Assembly: GCF_006345805.1 (NCBI RefSeq)
Contig: NC_042999.1
Span: 49,538,001-49,602,000, forward strand
Length of the DNA: 64,000 bases
Direction of reading: 5' to 3'
From: Octopus sinensis
Taxonomy: Eukaryota
Under the pieces are notes generated by a model that saw only the letters and a list, made by a program, of their open reading frames with translations, was not told the origin of the DNA and did no database searches. Each line of letters starts with the position of its first letter. Positions within the stretch are counted from its first letter, which is position 1. This document shows positions 60,966-64,000 of this stretch, piece after piece. Position numbers and translations under genes: made by a program.

Positions 60966-61522
60966 TCTATTATACAAAATCCGTTCTGCCTATCAGTGTG
61001 TGTGTGTCTTCTAGGATCTCGGGCATCTTCCATCCGATTGCGCTCAAATTTGATATGTAGATATCGACGGTATCAGGGCGTGTATAAGTCTTGAAAAAAT
61101 TACAAAAATCGATTCCAGGTGAGAATGCGATCGATAAATCCGTGAGAACGTGTATTTGTACGCGCAAGTACATCAGCTGTTGCGATCGATACTACGCGTA
61201 CGCGAGAAAAATGCACGTGCAGTTTCTCGCAAAAAAAGCCGGCTGGCTTGAAATAATGCCACAAAATGCAGTATATTTAAGAGACCAAAAAAGTAAGATG
61301 CAAAAGAGATATTTTCTTCAAACTTGGCATGAAGGAAGGAAAGACTATTTGGTTTCTCAAGAAGTTTTTTTTTTTTTTGCCTTAACTTCGTTTAACAAAA
61401 TCAAAAATTTTAGTGAAATAAAGGCATACTTAATTATTTTTTAATGAAAAGAAAACACTGATTGCTTTTTATTCAGCAGATATGATTCAGTACCGTCCAT
61501 TGGACGGGAGGCGTTTTGCTCG
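60966..61522 (+). mobile_element. Non-autonomous Helitron-like element (~560 bp)
   Basis: 5' A^TCTATTATACAAAATCCG..GTGTGTGTGTC; 3' hairpin CCGTCCA-T-TGGACGG (61493-61507), then CTCG^T (a variant of CTAG). Confidence 0.65.
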
Positions 61523-61774
61523 TGAATATATAAAAATACATTTTGGTGACGATTGCAACGCCCTTGATCAAAGAACTGTTCGATCACGGTTACGTGAGGC
61601 TTACACATCCAATAAAATTTATTGAATTCGTTGTTGACGATGTAGTCGATAAAATAAGTATTCCAGCATATTTATTTCTTTATTGCCCACAAGGGGCTAA
61701 ACATAGAGGGGACAATAAGTATTCCTGCATATTGCACTTGCATTTCTTTATTGTTAACGCGAATGTGTTGACAG

Positions 61775-62032
61775 TGTGTGTGGTTAGGGAACTGCACTAA
61801 CGATCTCGAGTTCGTGGTTTCAGTTCCAGAACCGGGTGGTGTGTTGTGCTCTGTGATCACCTTGACGCCTGAGGTTTGGCGCATCTTGAAACTGTTCAGG
61901 CAACGTCTAGTTGGTGAAAGGAGAGAAATAATGTACACTACTACAAACATTTGTTCACTATAAACAAATAATTTGTGCAGGTCGTTCAACAAAACTTGGA
62001 CTCACATGCGTCGTCTTCGACAGGAGATTCCA
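61775..62032 (+). mobile_element. tRNA-headed SINE-like repeat, degenerate
   Basis: GTGTGGTTAGGGAACTGCAC...GTGGTTTCAGTTCCAGAACCGGG...GTGTTGTG head; tail unassigned. Confidence 0.45.
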
Positions 62033-62098
62033 TCATATAAAGAGAGATAGAGAGAGTGAGAGAGATATGTATGTGTGTGATATATATATGTAAGTGTG

Positions 62099-62331
62099 AA
62101 GGCGACGAGCTGGCAGAAACGTTAGCACGCCGGGCGAAATGCGTAGCTGTATTTCGTCTGTCTTTACGTTCTGAGTCCAAATTCCGCCGAGGTCGACTTT
62201 GTTTTTCATCTTTTCGGGGTCGATAAATAAAGTTCCAGTTACGCAATGGGGTCGATGTAATCGACTTAATCCCTTTGTCTGTCTTTGTTTGTTCCCTCTA
62301 TGTTTAGCCCCTTCTGGGTAGTAAAGAAATA
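62099..62331 (+). mobile_element. Family A CORE-SINE, full length
   Basis: AAGGCGACGAGCTGGCAGAAACGTTAGCACGCC...GGGTAGTAAAGAAATA. Confidence 0.92.
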
Positions 62332-62604
62332 TATATGTGTAATTGTTGAGAGAGAAGGGTGAGAGAGACATGCACTTACTAAACGTATGCAACTGTCAAT
62401 TCCAATAACGAAATACTTAAATTCCAATAGAATTTTTTATTTACTGATCAAATATTCAAAATTTGCTATTAAATTCGTAGGTCGGATTCTTAACAGTATG
62501 AGACGTCAATGTAGCTTCCTTTCCCAGCTGAATACCTATCTTTTTCATATTTTCTTTACACATCCAATACTCGTGCTATCGAATCATTCGTCATCAGTAC
62601 TTTA

Positions 62605-62817
62605 CTCCCACTCTTTTACTTGTTTCAGTCATTTGACTGTGGTCATGCTGGAGCACCGCTTTTAGTCGAGCAAATCGATCCCAGGACTTATTCCTTGTAA
62701 GCCTAGTACTTATTCTATCGGTCTATTTTGCCAAACCGCTAAGTTACGGGGACGTAAACACACCAGCATCGGTTGTCAAGCAATGCTGGGGGGACAAACA
62801 CAGACACACAAACATAT

Positions 62818-62852
<35 letters not shown>

Positions 62853-63010
62853 CGACGGGCTTCTTTCAGTTCCCGTCTACCAAATCCACTCACAAGTCTT
62901 TGGTCGGCCCGAGGTTATAGTAGAAGACACTTGACCAAGGTGCCACGCAGTGGGACTGAACCCAGAACCATGTGGTTCTTAAGCAAGCTACTTACCACAC
63001 AGCCACTCCT
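62605..63010 (-). mobile_element. Family B SINE, full length
   Basis: CACTCTTTTACTTGTTTCAGTC...CTTACCACACAGCCACTCC. Confidence 0.92.
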
Positions 63011-63782
63011 TATGTAATTATATATAGCTCAACTATGATATTTTAGAGTTAATGTATCTACCTTTACTGTTATTAGTGATAACGTTCTACAGGCTGCTGA
63101 ATGTTAGGTCGTCAGTGAAGTACCTTCTTGAAATTGGTAATCTAGAATGTCTAACTACCTCTTCCTTATTTATTTATTTATTTATTCACATTTATTCACA
63201 TTTATTTATCAAACATAACTGAAAATCAAACCAAAGCATTTTCCCTCCTCAAGTATTTTGGAAGAAAGGGAGTTGACCTTTCAGAAGAGCGTGCTTATGA
63301 AGAAAGAAAAAAAACGTAAAGGAAAAGCAGTAACTAATAAATAAAAAAAACGACTAAGGCAACTATTAACTAAACAATAGCGATAACAACAATAGGCGGA
63401 GGTAGCGTGAAAAGATTTATGTTATCTTGACCTGTTCAACGGATTCTAGCAGTGATAGAGATCCGTCATCCCACACGTTTCTTGTTTCAAGCTAAAAAAA
63501 AAAAAAATACGCAAGCATAAAAATAACAAAAGAAGGAAACAAAAATAAATATCCCTCTCCACGTGTTATGACGTAACAAGAGTATGCGTTTATGCTGATA
63601 TTTTTTTTAATGCAAACAGCATACAAAAGCAGCAACAACAGCAACAACAATAACAACAGCTGCAATGAATGCAATTATAACATTAACAACGACCATTGCA
63701 GGAGCCAGGCTGTCGAGATTAAGATGCCAACGTAATCTGTTCAAGGTAAAAGTCGTTAATCTCGCTCAGCAATATTACTATG

Positions 63783-64000
63783 GCCGTCAAGGCGGCAAGC
63801 TTGCAGAATGGTTTAGGACTTCATCCGTCTTTACGTTCTGAGTTCAAATTCCACCGACACCGACTTTGCCACTCAAAGGGTAGCCACCTGGCAGAAGCGT
63901 CAACACGACTTTGCTTTTCATTCTTTGGAGGTCGATAAAATAAGCAACAGTTGATTACCGAGGTCAATGTAATCGACCTACACCCCCCCCTGAAATTGCT
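63783..64000 (+). mobile_element. CORE-SINE with internal rearrangement, running off the window end
   Basis: AAGGCGGCAAGCTTGCAGAATGG...GAGTTCAAATTCCACCG...GGAGGTCGATAAAATAAG. Confidence 0.75.

Overview
AT-rich, microsatellite-dense eukaryotic DNA that is almost entirely repeats. The SINE types (tRNA-head CORE-SINEs and a bipartite SINE with an internal microsatellite) and the repeat landscape fit a coleoid cephalopod, probably Octopus; this is inference. No host protein-coding gene, rRNA, true tRNA or CRISPR array could be supported, and nearly all ORFs in the track are translated microsatellites or transposon fragments. The main content is: (1) a ~5.7 kb full-length L1/Tx1-clade LINE on the minus strand (10004-15710; ORF1 with CCHC knuckle, ORF2 with APE and RT), flanked on both sides by (GATA)n plus the same 16-17 bp unique sequence; (2) several restriction-like-endonuclease non-LTR fragments (R4/Dong-like, HERO-like) and a non-coding retroposon, mostly embedded in (TAA)n; (3) RTE fragments, one young with a TSD; (4) DD37D/maT and DD34D mariner relics, MITEs and two non-autonomous Helitrons; (5) Penelope-like fragments, a minimal hammerhead ribozyme and several fold-back palindromes, including a perfect 309 bp one; (6) dozens of SINEs, including dimers with an identical junction. 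The most interesting signals are the (GATA)n-associated Tx1 insertion, the hairpin-primed fold-backs and serial inverted duplications at 43.4-45.6 kb, the fixed-junction SINE dimers and the (TAA)n-embedded non-coding retroposon.
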